Source: an uncultured Chloroflexia bacterium (GTDB lineage Bacteria > Chloroflexota > UBA6077 > JACCZL01). Taken from it: a DNA stretch of 64,000 nucleotides. The position numbers and the translations under genes are program-made. Positions 19,895 to 32,095 of the stretch are shown one piece after another. Location: assembly GCA_963765765.1 (NCBI GenBank), contig CAVXYC010000020.1, positions 384,001-448,000 of the forward strand. Reading direction: 5' to 3'. How positions within the stretch are numbered: position 1 is the first letter of the stretch; each line of letters begins with the position of its first letter. Below the pieces are notes generated by a model, which had not been told where the DNA came from, did no database searches, and saw nothing but the letters and a program-made list of their open reading frames with translations.

Positions 19895-19969
19895 CCCGAC
19901 TCGGTCGAGAACTGAGGGCGCGGGTAGGGCTCGAGCCGTGTTTCATATGCTCAATGAGGAGGTATCTAC

Positions 19970-20443
19970 ATGGCCGACGATAGTGTCAGCGCGACCATGG
20001 TCATCAACTCGCCGGCGGAGGCAATCTTCGCGGTTTTAACCGATCCAGCAAAGCACGCCGCGATCGATGGCACCGGCTGGGTCTGCGAAACCGTCGACAG
20101 CAAGCCGTTGACTGCCGCCGGGCAGATTTTCCGGATGTCCATGTACCACCCGAACCACCCGGACGGGAACTACCAGACGGCCAACCAGGTCCAAGTGTTC
20201 GACCCGCCGAGCGCCATTTCCTGGAAGACAGGCTACGACCCCGGCGACGGTACCCTGCGCTTCGGCGGCTGGTTCTGGCGCTATGACCTCACGCCAGCGG
20301 GACCCTCGAGCACCTCAGTCACGCTCTCTTATGATTGGTCAGCATGCTCGGACTCCGTCAGAGAGCTCATCGGATTCCCGCCGTTCCCTCCGGACCATCT
20401 GGGCAACTCGCTCGCCCACCTCGCCGAGCTGGTTACCTCATGA
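19970..20443 (+). CDS. SRPBCC family protein
   Basis: INSPAEAIFAVLTDP..H..IDG and WRYDLTP motifs; GAGGAGGT RBS. Confidence 0.88.
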   Translation: MADDSVSATMVINSPAEAIFAVLTDPAKHAAIDGTGWVCETVDSKPLTAAGQIFRMSMYHPNHPDGNYQTANQVQVFDPPSAISWKTGYDPGDGTLRFGGWFWRYDLTPAGPSSTSVTLSYDWSACSDSVRELIGFPPFPPDHLGNSLAHLAELVTS

Positions 20444-20581
20444 GCAGCCCGCACTCCCAGAGCCCATAGCCTGACTCCTGGTCCAGCGCCCAGATGAGTC
20501 GCGACCGGTAGAAGTCCGTCTCGGCAGGGAACGGATGTACGCTTGCAGTGGCGGCCGGACGCGGGCTAGCAAGCCCGATGG

Positions 20582-21130
<549 letters not shown>

Positions 21131-21213
21131 TCCGTAAGGGTACGGCGGATGGGCTAGCGTAGCAAACTATGCCGTTCACGCCAGCCGCGGTCCATTTTTT
21201 CGATGCTCGTTGC

Positions 21214-21328
21214 GTCTAACGGAAACGCGTTCAGATAGGGGGCATGATCATAAATGCGGCCGGCGAGCGTAGCGAGCAAGGCCGCTTCAGCAGTGATCGC
21301 CCCGACAGCAGCAACGCGGTGTTAGAAC
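21214..21328 (-). mobile_element. Solitary integron attC site
   Basis: Minus strand TTCTAAC-accgc-GTTGCTGC ... gcggcc/ggccgc stem ... CTGAAC-gcgtttcc-GTTAGAC; matches the R''-L''...L'-R' layout. Confidence 0.7.
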
Positions 21329-21660
21329 TCACAACGCCCTGTGCGCTGACTAAAGATCAGATGGGGTCGGAGAAGCCAGCGAACTCAGCTGGGTGCCGAC
21401 CGCGACGGCGCACTCGCGCCGGAGTTCGGTGAGCAGTAAGCGCGGACGGACGACCGGCGTGAGCAGCTCCGCGACGCCGCGGTAGCCATCATCTGATGCT
21501 TTCGGCCAACCAGCTGCAAAATGCTGGACGCGGCGAGCGACGGACCGTACAACTGGAACGACTGATCGCGTGGTCAGTCGAGAGCTCTGGTGGGACTGAG
21601 ATTTCGCCCGCCATCGCAAACCCCGCTCAAGGCGGGAGGGTAGTGCCAAGGAGGTAAGAA

Positions 21661-22509
21661 GTGGCTGAGCACATCAACGGACCTCTCTACTGGGAGCAGC
21701 TGGGCAAGAGTGGACTGCCGGTGGCGTTCGTACATCCCAATCCGATGGACCACACCTGCTGGATCTACCAGATGGCGCACCTCTCGACCTGGTTCCGCTG
21801 CATCGGCATCGATCTGCCTGGCTACGGCAAGTCTCCGAAGGCCTTGCCTGGCTTGACGATGCAGGACATTGCGCAGGCATGCTGGGAAGCGATCGAGGAT
21901 GTCACGACCGACCCAGCGATCATCGTCGGCGAATCAGTCGGATCGAGCGTGGTCCAGCACATGGCCAACATGCGGCCGGAGCAGACCCTGGCCGTAGTCG
22001 TTTCGGGTACCGGGTTTGGCGGAAACAAGGATTTCACGATCAAGCGTCGCCGCGAGTACAGCGCCCGCGGAGTCGCCTTCCGCCACGACCACACCTTCCA
22101 GGACTACAGCCCCGGGTTTCGCGCCAACCCGCTGGCCAGCTACTTCGCGCGCATCTTCGTTGAGCGCAACCGCTGGGCAGATGCGGACACCATCGTGGAG
22201 ATGTTCCGCGCGCTCGGCGAGCCCGACCCTGAGTGGCTCCATTCCGGCATCAAAGCGCCGATGCTCGTCATCACGGGGAGCGAGGACAACTCACACGACT
22301 CGACGTGGGAGCTACAGCGCAACGTACCCGACTGCGAAGTCGTCAGCATCGGAGGCGCCGGCCACGCCTGCAATATGGAGCAGCCCTGGGAGTGGGACGC
22401 GATCTTCCTGGAGTTCCTGGAGCGGCGGGGCCTCTTCGAGGGCGTCGGCGCCGACATCGCCTCCACGGGTGCGCCTATCCTTGGAGGGAAGGTGCCCGCC
22501 CGAGCCTAA
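21661..22509 (+). CDS. Alpha/beta fold hydrolase
   Basis: DLPGYGKS, GESVG, G.ED and GAGHACNME motifs; AGGAGGT RBS. Confidence 0.9.
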   Translation: MAEHINGPLYWEQLGKSGLPVAFVHPNPMDHTCWIYQMAHLSTWFRCIGIDLPGYGKSPKALPGLTMQDIAQACWEAIEDVTTDPAIIVGESVGSSVVQHMANMRPEQTLAVVVSGTGFGGNKDFTIKRRREYSARGVAFRHDHTFQDYSPGFRANPLASYFARIFVERNRWADADTIVEMFRALGEPDPEWLHSGIKAPMLVITGSEDNSHDSTWELQRNVPDCEVVSIGGAGHACNMEQPWEWDAIFLEFLERRGLFEGVGADIASTGAPILGGKVPARA

Positions 22510-22558
22510 ACCCGGCTCGGAGCGACAGTGCAGCGCAAGGGGCGATCTGCGCAAGGGC

Positions 22559-22680
22559 TCATTCTTCGAAGCAGGCGCGCAGACAGCGAAGCACTTCCTC
22601 GAGCCGCTCGGTTGGGATCGCGCCGTACCCCAGGACGAGGCCCAACCGCGTCGACCTGATCGCTATCGATGAGAGCGGAC
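22559..22680 (-). pseudogene. C-terminal remnant of a MocR/GntR PLP-dependent regulator
   Basis: Manual translation PLSSIAIRSTRLGLVLGYGAIPTERLEEVLRCLRACFEE*. Confidence 0.6.
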
Positions 22681-23274
22681 GGACCCGACGGGCCAGGCGT
22701 GGGTTACGTTGGACCCGACCGCAAAGGCCAGCACCCACGGGAGTGTCCAGGCCTGGCTTCCAAGGGACTTAGTTGGTCCACTCACCGGATACCAAGCTGC
22801 CGGGTTCGGCGCGGCCGTTATCCGGAGATAATTCTGCTCTTTACGCTTACAGCGTGGTGTCGGGCCAAGAGCAGGCATTGACTTCGCCAGCCGATTTATC
22901 GGCGCTTGCAAACAACATCCTGGGAAGCAAGGCCGTCCGCGACCGCGCAAACATCCAACGTGTATATCGCGAGACTGAACAGTGCCCTCTACCCCGATGC
23001 GCTTGCTACCGTCCCGGAGTCCCGGATACATGGGGAGCGATGATTACGGCCATCGGATCCGGTGGATCCGAGATCGAGCGAAAGGGCAAAGCTCGGAATA
23101 GAACGCCCTCGATGTCGGGACGGACGCTTTGAGTTCGTTGGTCAACCATCGAAAAGTTCTTAGGTCCGACCAGAGACCATGATTCTCTTGCCAGATTTGA
23201 AGCCAAGGAAGAAAAAGTCCGTTGGTCTAGAGCCGTAAATGGAGGCAGAAACGCGCCGATCCTGAGTTTGGGGG

Positions 23275-23347
23275 CGCGCCCGCCGAGATTCGAACTCGGG
23301 ACCAACGGCTTAGAAGGCCGTTGCTCTATCCACTGAGCTACGGGCGC
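23275..23347 (-). tRNA. tRNA-Arg(TCT)
   Basis: Full cloverleaf GCGCCCG TA GCTC AGTGGATA GAGC A ACGGC CTTCTAA GCCGT TGGTC CCGAG TTCGAAT CTCGG CGGGCGC G; CCA not encoded. Confidence 0.97.
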
Positions 23348-23358
23348 GGAATGTCGGA

Positions 23359-23367
23359 ATTATAACA
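23359..23367 (-). promoter_or_regulatory. Extended -10 promoter of tRNA-Arg
   Basis: TGTTATAAT 11 nt upstream of the tRNA 5' end. Confidence 0.7.
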
Positions 23368-23401
23368 GTGGCTTAGAGGGCGCCCGAGGTACGCTGAGCT
23401 G

Positions 23402-24019
23402 ATGACAGTCTGGGGATTTCTGTCCGATATCCATGGCAATCTGCCAGCGCTGGAGCGTGCTCTTTCGCAATGCCGCGAACGTGAAGTGGAGCGGTACGCA
23501 TTCCTGGGCGACTTTCTGGGTCGCGGCAATCCCGATGGCGTCATCGATCGCGTGCGTGAGCTTGGTAGCGTCGTGATCACGGGTAATCGAGACATCGATT
23601 GGGCCGATCGAGTCAGTGAACGGACACGCGAGTACGTGAGCGCACTTCCCCACCGACTCACCTGCAAGTCATTCGTCGTGGCTCATGGGGATCCCAAACT
23701 GGACAAGCAGCTTAACGTCAACGATCTTCGCCGCGGAGCGCCAAAGACCTATGACCTGATGCACGACCTTGGCGTTCGCCTCTACTTCTTCGGGCACACG
23801 CACTATGCCAGGACGTGGACAAAGGAAAGCCGCACTTCGCCGCCTTGTCTCGCACCGTCTTCTCGACTTCAGCTGGCTGAGGTCCAGGATAAGGCCGTGG
23901 TCATCGTGAATGTGGGCACTACGGGATTGCCCTTCCCCGGGAAGGGGCCGGCGTCATTCGTCATTCTGGATGACTCGATTGATGGTTATGTCGAGCATGT
24001 AGTGATTTCGAAGTCGTAA
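23402..24019 (+). CDS. Metallophosphoesterase family protein
   Basis: SDIHGN, LGD, GNRD, HG, GHTH and NVG motifs. Confidence 0.9.
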   Translation: MTVWGFLSDIHGNLPALERALSQCREREVERYAFLGDFLGRGNPDGVIDRVRELGSVVITGNRDIDWADRVSERTREYVSALPHRLTCKSFVVAHGDPKLDKQLNVNDLRRGAPKTYDLMHDLGVRLYFFGHTHYARTWTKESRTSPPCLAPSSRLQLAEVQDKAVVIVNVGTTGLPFPGKGPASFVILDDSIDGYVEHVVISKS

Positions 24020-24077
24020 CACGTTTGCTCCCCCTCTGGCACTGTAGCTCCCGCAAGCTCGATGATCAGAAGCCACT

Positions 24078-25139
24078 ATGAGAACACTTGTCATCGGCGG
24101 GACCGGTTACATGGGTCACCGCATGCTCGAGCAGCTACTGGAGCGCGGCCACGACGTTGGCGTGGTCTCGCGGGGCAAGCTGCAGCCGGCGGTTCTTCGG
24201 GACGTCCAGCTTTTTCAGGTGGATCGAAAGGACCGCGATGCATTCGACGCCATGCTTGGCAATGAACAGTTTGATACGGTCATCGACAACATCGCGTACG
24301 ACAGTGCCGATATCGAAGCGTCAGTGCGCACGTTCGGCGGGCGAATCGGCCAATACATCCTTACCAGCACGCTCGGGGTGTATCACGACATCACTCCACT
24401 AGCTCCGTTGCCTGAGCCGGCGGCGGACCTCACGTTTGTTACACCGGAGGGCTACACGAAAGGCGGCGCCGGACACGTAACACTCGGGCATGCCTATGCG
24501 GACCAAAAGCGCCGCTGCGAGTGGCTTCTAACCGAACTCGATCCAGAAGTCTTTCGATTCACCATCATCCGGCCACCAATCGTCGTCGGCCGTGATGACC
24601 GAACCCGGCGGATCTGGTGGTTTGTTCAACGCGTGCTGGACGGCGGACCATTCGTGATTCCTGATTACGGCCCGGGACACTTATTCCGACTCGCTTACGT
24701 GGACGACCTGGCTCGCGCTTACGTCGTAGCGGCTGGAAATCCGGCGGCGATGGGCAGGATTTACAACGTCAACAATCCGGAGATTTTCTCCGCCGAAACG
24801 TGGATCGAGGCACTTGGGATAGCGTTGGGTCGCGAAACGTCGTCCGAACGGATCCCAGTTGATCGGCTCGCCAGCGTAGGACTCGAAGGTTATGCGATGC
24901 CCATCGCGGCCCGCCCCTACGGGAACAACATGGGTGATGTCTGTGCGATTCGTTCAGACCTGGGATTCGAGTTCACGCCCCAGGAAGAATGGATTAAAGA
25001 CACGGCTCAGGGCTGCGCGGACAACCCACCTGCTGGAGATTCCGATGGCTACGACCGGCGCTCCGCTGAGCTAGCTGGCGGCCAGAGGATCAGAGCCGCG
25101 CGCGAGCGGATGCTACAGGAGCTTTCGAACGGGACCTAA
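24078..25139 (+). CDS. NAD-dependent epimerase/dehydratase family protein
   Basis: GGTGYMG, YxxxK (YADQK) and IIRP motifs. Confidence 0.88.
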   Translation: MRTLVIGGTGYMGHRMLEQLLERGHDVGVVSRGKLQPAVLRDVQLFQVDRKDRDAFDAMLGNEQFDTVIDNIAYDSADIEASVRTFGGRIGQYILTSTLGVYHDITPLAPLPEPAADLTFVTPEGYTKGGAGHVTLGHAYADQKRRCEWLLTELDPEVFRFTIIRPPIVVGRDDRTRRIWWFVQRVLDGGPFVIPDYGPGHLFRLAYVDDLARAYVVAAGNPAAMGRIYNVNNPEIFSAETWIEALGIALGRETSSERIPVDRLASVGLEGYAMPIAARPYGNNMGDVCAIRSDLGFEFTPQEEWIKDTAQGCADNPPAGDSDGYDRRSAELAGGQRIRAARERMLQELSNGT

Positions 25140-25210
25140 AGGACGAAAGGGACATCGGGACACCAATCGACGAAGAGGCGTCCCTGATGTCCCTTTCGTC
25201 CTTTAGGTCC
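25132..25210. repeat. 25-bp perfect inverted repeat built of ~9-bp GGAC units
   Basis: ggacctaaaggacgaaagggacatc pairs with gatgtccctttcgtcctttaggtcc; lies between convergent genes. Confidence 0.9.
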
Positions 25211-25217
25211 TTGCTAG

Positions 25218-26885
25218 TTACAGGGCCCGCAGCTCGCGCTCTTCTCCCCATACATTTCGTAGAGCGTCAGAGATCTCACCGAGGGTGCACAGCGCTTCCA
25301 CGCACTCGACAATGATCGGCATTGTGTTGTCACGGCCTCTTGCAGCAGTCTCAAGCTTTGCTAGCAGTCGCTGCGCGCCCGCGGAGTCTCGCTTCGCTTT
25401 GACAACCTCTATACGGTCGATCTGTCGCTGGCGAGCGGCCGGATCCGGTCGCAGCAGTTCGGGCTCAGCTTCGGGCTCTTCTTCCTGAAATGCGTTGAGC
25501 CCCACGATCACCCGCTCGCCCGACTCGACCTCACGCTGGAAACGGTAGGCGCTTTCTGAAATCTCGGCCTGGATGTAGCCCCGCTTGACCGCTTGAAGCG
25601 CACCACCCATGTCATCGATGCGCTGAATATAGTCACGAGCGTCCGACTCGAGCCGATCGGTGAGCCACTCAACGTAGTAGGATCCGGCGAGAGGATCTAT
25701 CACCTCACCCACACCACTCTCGTGCGCCAGGATCTGCTGCGTCCGGAGGGCTGTTCTGGCCGATTCCTCAGTGGGTAGCGCGAGGGCCTCATCACGGGCG
25801 TTCGTGTGCAGCGACTGCGTACCGCCAAGCGCCGCGGCCAACGCTTGCACCGTCACGCGGACGACGTTGTTCTGAATCTGTTGAGCCGTAAGGGTGACGC
25901 CGGCAGTCTGGGTATGGAAGCGAAGCATCCATGACCTCTGGTCATTCGCCTTATATCGATCGCGCATGATGTGCGCCCATAGCCGCCGAGCCGCTCGAAA
26001 CTTAGCCACTTCCTCGAGCAGATCGTTGTGCGCATCGAAGAAGAAGGCCAGCCTGGGCGCGAAGGCGTCGATCTCGAGCCCCGTTGCTAGAGCAGCGTCC
26101 ACATAACAGATTGCATTCGCCAGCGTGAAGGCGAGCTCCTGTACAGCCGTGGCGCCGGCTTCGCGCATGTGGTAGCCGCTGATGCTGATTGGGTTCCAGC
26201 GCGGCATCTCGGCGCTGCAGTACGCGAACGTATCTGAGATCAAGCGAATGGACGGCTCAGGTGGATAGATGTAGGTCCCGCGAGCAATGTACTCCTTGAG
26301 GATGTCGTTCTGGGTCGTTCCCGATAGCGCTTCCGGCGATACCCCCTGACGCTTACCCACCGCGATGTACAGCGCCAGGAGAATCGGCGCAGTGGCGTTG
26401 ATCGTCATAGACGTGCTGACCTTATCCAGCGGAATACCGTGGAATAGCATCTCCATGTCTTCCACGGTATCGATGGCAACGCCAACCTTACCGACCTCCC
26501 CTTCCGCCAGGGGATGGGAAGAGTCGTAGCCCATCTGCGTCGGCAGGTCGAACGCTACCGAGAGGCCAGTTTGCCCTCGATCCAATAGGTAGCGATACCG
26601 AGCGTTGGATTCCTCGGCTGTGGCATACCCCGCGTACTGGCGCATGGTCCAGAAGCGGCCGCGATACATGGTCGGCTGGACGCCCCGTGTATATGGGAAC
26701 TCGCCCGGAAATCCCAGTTGCTCTTCCGGACTCCATTGCGCCAGGTCTTCAGCCGTGTAGAGCGGCTGAACCTCGATATCCGAGCCCGTACGGAAGCGCT
26801 TACTGCGCTCCTTGGAGCGCTGCACGGACGGGTCGTAGCGGCGCTGCTTCCACTCCTCAGGGGATTTGGATTGGTCGTCGGTCAT
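25218..26885 (-). CDS. Methylmalonyl-CoA mutase, substrate-binding subunit
   Basis: [33 protein letters not shown] and SISGYH; the Tyr and Arg determinants are those of true MCM. Confidence 0.95.
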   Translation of the reverse strand: MTDDQSKSPEEWKQRRYDPSVQRSKERSKRFRTGSDIEVQPLYTAEDLAQWSPEEQLGFPGEFPYTRGVQPTMYRGRFWTMRQYAGYATAEESNARYRYLLDRGQTGLSVAFDLPTQMGYDSSHPLAEGEVGKVGVAIDTVEDMEMLFHGIPLDKVSTSMTINATAPILLALYIAVGKRQGVSPEALSGTTQNDILKEYIARGTYIYPPEPSIRLISDTFAYCSAEMPRWNPISISGYHMREAGATAVQELAFTLANAICYVDAALATGLEIDAFAPRLAFFFDAHNDLLEEVAKFRAARRLWAHIMRDRYKANDQRSWMLRFHTQTAGVTLTAQQIQNNVVRVTVQALAAALGGTQSLHTNARDEALALPTEESARTALRTQQILAHESGVGEVIDPLAGSYYVEWLTDRLESDARDYIQRIDDMGGALQAVKRGYIQAEISESAYRFQREVESGERVIVGLNAFQEEEPEAEPELLRPDPAARQRQIDRIEVVKAKRDSAGAQRLLAKLETAARGRDNTMPIIVECVEALCTLGEISDALRNVWGEERELRAL

Positions 26886-26913
26886 TGGCTAATGCGTGTC
26901 GGGCGTTAGCGGA

Positions 26914-26994
26914 TCCCTCACGCCAACCCTCTCCCAGGGGAGAGGGAGCGGTGCTCGCCTCGATCGCAATCTCCCTCTCTCCCTGGGGTGAGGG
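26914..26994. repeat. REP-like palindrome, same family as 1937-2028
   Basis: ccctcacgccaaccctctcccaggggagaggg ... ccctctctccctggggtgaggg. Confidence 0.75.
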
Positions 26995-27013
26995 AGCCAC
27001 GAAAAAGACATGA

Positions 27014-28256
27014 TCAACTCGCCTTCGCTCGCGCCTTCAATCCCTGCCAGAGCATGTTCAAGCCGTCCATCACCGCGCGGCGCTTTACTTCCATGCGCGT
27101 TGTTGACCACACGGCGCTCTCAACCGACACTTCGCCCTGGAAGTCCATAGCAACAAAGCAGGTTCCGGGCCGCTTGTCCTCGAGAGCGTCAGGACCGGCC
27201 ACCCCCGTGGTTGAAATACCGACGTCCGTGCCTAGAGCAAGTCGGACGGCGGAGGCCATTGCGCGCGCGCACTCCTCGCTCACCACACCGTACTTCTCAA
27301 TGGTCTCAGCGCGGAACGCCGTACTGCATTTTCAGCTCGGGCGTATACGTGATAAGCGAGCCCTTGAAATACGCCGAGCTTCCCGCGGCGTCAGTGAAAT
27401 ACGAAGCCAGCAAGCCGCCGGTGCAGGACTCCATGGTCCCCACGGTGAGCCCGGCGTCCTTCATCAGCTTGCCGACCACGGCTGACAAGGTCTCGTCCTC
27501 ATAGCCGTACACCCAATCGCCAATCAGCTCGCGAACCTCGACCTCGAAATCGTCGATGAGCTTTTCCGCCACGTCTCGACTCTCCGCCTTGGCGCCCATC
27601 CGGAGATGCACACCGTCATTCTTGGCGTACGTCGCCAGCGTGGGGTTCGTTGATCGAATGAGCGGCTGTACTACTTCCTCGGCCGCCGATTCGCCCAGCC
27701 CAACCGTCTTGAGCGTGCGGGTGGCGATGACGCCCGTACCGGCAATGATTTGCAGCTTCGGGAGAATCTGCTCCTCCCACATTTTCCGCATCTCCACCGG
27801 TACGCCCGGCATGGTGGCGATGTACTTGCCGTTGGTCTCAACCCACCAGCCCGGTGCAGTACCGATGGGATTCGGAATCGTGGTGGCGGAAGGGATAAGT
27901 GTTGCCTGCTTGATGTTGCGCTCGGGCATCGGACGGTTGCGGCGGAAATACCACGTTCGCAGGTGATTTTCGAGATCCGCCTGCACTTCCATCGTCTCGC
28001 CAAGAGCAGCGGCAATCGCCTCGCGGGTGAGATCATCCTCAGTTGGCCCGAGACCGCCAGTCATGATAAGTAAGTCTGACCGATCGAGCGCCTGCAGCAC
28101 AGCGTTGGTAAGCCTGGTGTGGTTGTCACCGATGTGCGAGATGTAATAGAGATCGATACCGAGGCCGGACATCTGCTGCGACAGGTATTGTGAGTTCGTA
28201 TCCAGGATCTCTCCGAGCAGGAGCTCAGTTCCTACCGCGATGATCTCCGCCTTCAT
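27014..28256 (-). CDS. cinA: Competence/damage-inducible protein A (frameshift near 27310)
   Basis: VGTELLLG..DTN, TGGLGPTEDDLT, ESCTGG and STTGVAGP motifs. Confidence 0.92.
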
Positions 28257-28807
28257 CAGGACTCCCCCTCCACCGTAACCAGGACAAAGCCCTGCTCCAC
28301 GGTCTGCGCCTCCTCGGCGTGGACCGCGGCGACGCGACCATCGCGTGGGCTCGTCAGCTCATTCTCCATCTTCATAGCCTGAAGCACCACGAGTCGCTCG
28401 CCGCGCTTCACAGCCTGGCCAACCTCGACAGGAATTGCCACGATCAGTCCCGGCATCGGTGCCTTTACGTCAAGCTTGGATGCGGAGCCACCCGCCGCAC
28501 GCGTAAGCGCAGCAAGCTGGCGAGCCCGCTCGTCAACCACGCTAACCGAGTACTGCCGTCCCCCGACGACGATGCGTCCTTCGCCACCACGCACCTGCCC
28601 GAAGACTTCGTGCCAGCGATTGCCTAACCGCACCATCCAGCGATGCGGCCCGAGCTTCCGAACTGTCGCCGGCTCGTCTGAGTCGTCAGAACTAACGAGA
28701 AGCTGAATTCCGTCCGTGGAAATGGCAACTTCGACATCTTGATCATCAATAGTGACACTTGCCCGTCGGACGAGGCGGGCGGTCATGGACGTCTCGAACC
28801 GACGCAC
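28256..28807 (-). CDS. Biotin carboxyl carrier protein
   Basis: APMPG and AMKMENE biotinyl-lysine motif; start uncertain (28807 or 28786). Confidence 0.9.
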   Translation of the reverse strand: MRRFETSMTARLVRRASVTIDDQDVEVAISTDGIQLLVSSDDSDEPATVRKLGPHRWMVRLGNRWHEVFGQVRGGEGRIVVGGRQYSVSVVDERARQLAALTRAAGGSASKLDVKAPMPGLIVAIPVEVGQAVKRGERLVVLQAMKMENELTSPRDGRVAAVHAEEAQTVEQGFVLVTVEGES

Positions 28808-28820
28808 GAGTTGGAGAAGG

Positions 28821-30348
28821 TCATCGAGTTTGCAGGCCCGCGAGGCGGCCAGCCTTTGCCCAGGCGCTCATGCCGTCGGATGACTCCGACGGAGCGCTGT
28901 TCGGCTTGGCCGCCTCGGACCGCTGGTCCTCGACCAGAACTGCCAGCACACCGACTGTGGGATCGACAACTTCATCGTACTCCGTGGGCCAGACGCGCTC
29001 CAGCCAGCCCGTATCCACCGCACCCTGTTGAAAATCAGCTCGACCGAGGATCCACTGATGCAGAGGGGTATTGGTAGTGGGCCCCAGAACCACGAGCTCT
29101 TCCAATGCTCGCCGCATCCGCGCCAGCGCCTGTGCGCGGTCGGCCCCCCAGGTACACAACTTCGCCAGGAGCGGATCGTAGTAGACGCTCACTTCGAGGC
29201 CCGGACTCCAGAGCACCATCTATCCGCACACCTGGTCCCGACGGCAATCGAGCTTCCAACACCGTGCCAATTGAGGGAAGGAATCGGTTCCCCGCATCCT
29301 CGGCATAGATTCGACACTCGATGGCCGCGCCACGATGATCTATTGCCTCCTGGCCATAGCCGAGCGGTTCGCCAGCCGCGATACGAAGCTGCTCTCGCAC
29401 CAGGTCAATTCCGGTGACTAGCTCCGTGACGGGATGCTCCACCTGCAGGCGAGCATTGACCTCCAGGAAATAGAAGTCGCCATTGGCGTCGAGCAGGAAC
29501 TCCACGGTACCGGCATTCCGATAACCCGATGCCAGCGCCGCGTCAACGCCCGCCTGTCCGAGCCGTGCGCGCAGCTCGGCATCCACGACCGACGACGGCG
29601 ACTCTTCGATGACCTTCTGGTGCCGCCGCTGAATACTGCACTCGCGCTCCCCGAGGTGCACCGCGTTTCCGTGGTGGTCGGCCAGAATTTGGACCTCCAC
29701 GTGACGCGGCCGCTCTAGGTACCGCTCCACGTAGAGCGATCCGTCACCGAACGCGGCGGTGGCCTCGCTGGCAGCAGTTCGGAACGCGGCCTCGATCTCT
29801 TCGGGTCGATGCACCACACGCATGCCCTTGCCGCCGCCGCCTGATACAGCCTTAAGCGCAATTGGATAACCGACATCCTCGGCGGCTTCTGCCGCGAGTT
29901 TGGGCGTGGCCAGCGCCTCCAGCACACCGGGCACGACCGGAACGCCTGCCGCCTGCATGACTTTTCGTGCTGACGTCTTGCTGCCAAGCAGCCGCATCGC
30001 TTCCGGCGTTGGGCCAATGAACGTAAGTCCGGCATCTCGGCACGCTTCAGCAAAGTCGGGATTCTCTGAAAGGAAACCATAGCCGGGATGGATGGCGTCT
30101 GCTCCCGATTCCCGTGCCGCGGTGAGAACCTTCTCAAAGCTCAAATACGACTCGGCCGCCGTGGCACCCTGAAGCGGAATCGAAAGGTCGGCCATGCGAA
30201 CGTGCGGCCATTCGATGTCCGGTTCGCTGTAGACGGCCACACTCTCGATGCCCGCATCGCGACAACCGCGTATGACGCGAACGGCGATCTCTCCTCGGTT
30301 GGCAACTAGCACCCGACGAATCGGGCGCTTAGAGGGGGATGTTGCCAT
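28821..30348 (-). CDS. accC: Acyl-CoA carboxylase biotin carboxylase subunit (frameshift near 29200)
   Basis: [35 protein letters not shown] and YYDPLLAK motifs. Confidence 0.9.
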
Positions 30349-31924
30349 GCTTCTTGGGCGGGTTTTGATCGCGTTTGTTTCGAATCATCTCGAGCGCCGC
30401 AATGAGCTTGGGGCGGGTCTCGGCGGGCTCAATGACTTCATCAATGTAGCCTCGAGAAGCTGCGACGTAGGGGTTCGCCAGTCGCTCACGATAATCAGCT
30501 TCGAGCCGACGACGCTCTGCTTCGGGGTCAGATGCATTGGCAAGCTCTTCGCGGAAGATGATGTTCACGGCACCTTCAACGCCCATGACAGCGATCTCCG
30601 CTGTGGGCCAGGCGTAGTTGATGTCACCGCGAATGTGCTTGCTGCTCATGACGTCATAGGCGCCGCCGTAGGCCTTCCGCGTGATGAGCGTTATCTTCGG
30701 AACCGTGGCTTCACAGTAGGCGTACAGCAGCTTGGCGCCGTGACGAATGATGCCACCCTGCTCCTGCACCAGTCCTGGCATGAAGCCCGGCACGTCCACG
30801 AGCGTCACAATTGGAATGTTGAAGCAATCACAGAAGCGGACGAACCGCGCGCCCTTCACCGACGAAGCGATGTCGAGGACGCCGGCGAGCGACAACGGTT
30901 GCTGCGCAACGATGCCGACCGTTCGACCACCGAGCCGAGCGTACCCCACAAGCAAGCTCTTACCGTAATCGGCCTGCACTTCGAAGAACTCGCCATCGTC
31001 GACCACCGACTGTATGACCTCGCGCATGTCATACGACCGTGTTGGCTGATCGGGAATGATCGAGCTGAGCCGGTCGTCCTGCCTATCGATCGGATCGGAG
31101 GCAGGCAACGCAGGCGGGTCTTCTACGTTATTGGATGGGATAAAGCTGAGCAGTCTTCGAACCTGAAGCAGACACTCGACCTCGTTATCCGCGGCAAAGT
31201 GCGCGACGCCGCTAATGCTGTTATGCGCGTCCGCTCCGCCCAGGTCCTCAAAGGTCACGTCCTCATGCGTCACGGCTTTTACTACGTTTGGCCCGGTGAC
31301 AAACATGTGGCTCGTCCCACGGACCATGAAAATGAAGTCCGTGAGGGCGGGCGAATAGACAGCGCCGCCAGCGCACGGCCCCAGAATGGCGGAGATCTGT
31401 GGAATCACGCCGGAAGCCATCACATTGCGCTGGAAGATGTCCGCGTAGGCGCCGAGACTCACAACGCCTTCCTGAATGCGGGCGCCGCCTGAATCGTTCA
31501 GTCCGATCACCGGTGCACCGGCCTTCATGGCCAATTCCATGACCTTGCAGATTTTCTCGCCATGGGCCTCGCTCAGCGAGCCACCAAAGACGGTGAAGTC
31601 CTGGGAGAACACGAAGACTAATCGACCGTCGACCTTCCCGTATCCTGTGACAACGCCATCGCCAAAGTAGCGCTCATCCGCGAGACCAAATTCCGTAGAG
31701 CGATGCGTAACAAATGCATCGAGCTCCTGGAAACTTCCAGGATCGAGGAGGAGATCTAACCGCTCACGCGCCGTGAGCTTGCCGCGCTCATGCTGTTGCA
31801 TGACACGTCGCTCACCGCCGCCGGCGAGCGTTTGCTCGCGCAGTCGCTGCAGCTCCTCGATCCGCTCAGCGGTCGTCAGAGGAGTCCACTCCTTCGGCGT
31901 CGACCGCCGATCACGAATCGCCAT
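30329..31924 (-). CDS. pccB: Propionyl-CoA carboxylase carboxyltransferase (beta) subunit
   Basis: [26 protein letters not shown] and C-terminal KKHGNIPL. Confidence 0.92.
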   Translation of the reverse strand: MAIRDRRSTPKEWTPLTTAERIEELQRLREQTLAGGGERRVMQQHERGKLTARERLDLLLDPGSFQELDAFVTHRSTEFGLADERYFGDGVVTGYGKVDGRLVFVFSQDFTVFGGSLSEAHGEKICKVMELAMKAGAPVIGLNDSGGARIQEGVVSLGAYADIFQRNVMASGVIPQISAILGPCAGGAVYSPALTDFIFMVRGTSHMFVTGPNVVKAVTHEDVTFEDLGGADAHNSISGVAHFAADNEVECLLQVRRLLSFIPSNNVEDPPALPASDPIDRQDDRLSSIIPDQPTRSYDMREVIQSVVDDGEFFEVQADYGKSLLVGYARLGGRTVGIVAQQPLSLAGVLDIASSVKGARFVRFCDCFNIPIVTLVDVPGFMPGLVQEQGGIIRHGAKLLYAYCEATVPKITLITRKAYGGAYDVMSSKHIRGDINYAWPTAEIAVMGVEGAVNIIFREELANASDPEAERRRLEADYRERLANPYVAASRGYIDEVIEPAETRPKLIAALEMIRNKRDQNPPKKHGNIPL

Positions 31925-32095
31925 CTATGCTGACCCTAACGTTGGTTTACTGGAGCCAGTCTCTCGCGCCCCCGAAACGGGGTCGGCACCGGCCAAAGTC
32001 CGATCGCATCCTATCATCGCACGTCCCCGGGGACCAGTCGGCGACGCGCGGAGCCCATCGCCAGGCAAGTAATTCGAATGCCGTAGAAACGTCCT

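Noticed and set aside
19915-19940. A fifth tRNA fragment (gggcgcgggtagggctcgagcc)
   Set aside because: The T stem cannot form and there is no anticodon arm.
25201-25210. IS target duplication CTTTAGGTCC equals the end of the 25132-25210 hairpin, suggesting REP targeting
   Set aside because: A 10-mer match within 64 kb is plausible by chance, and the IS site lacks the rest of the hairpin.
30248-31492. Long antisense ORFs (also 37883-39046, 53698-54858, 57336-58538)
   Set aside because: Shadow frames of real genes, typical of high-GC codon usage, with no motifs.
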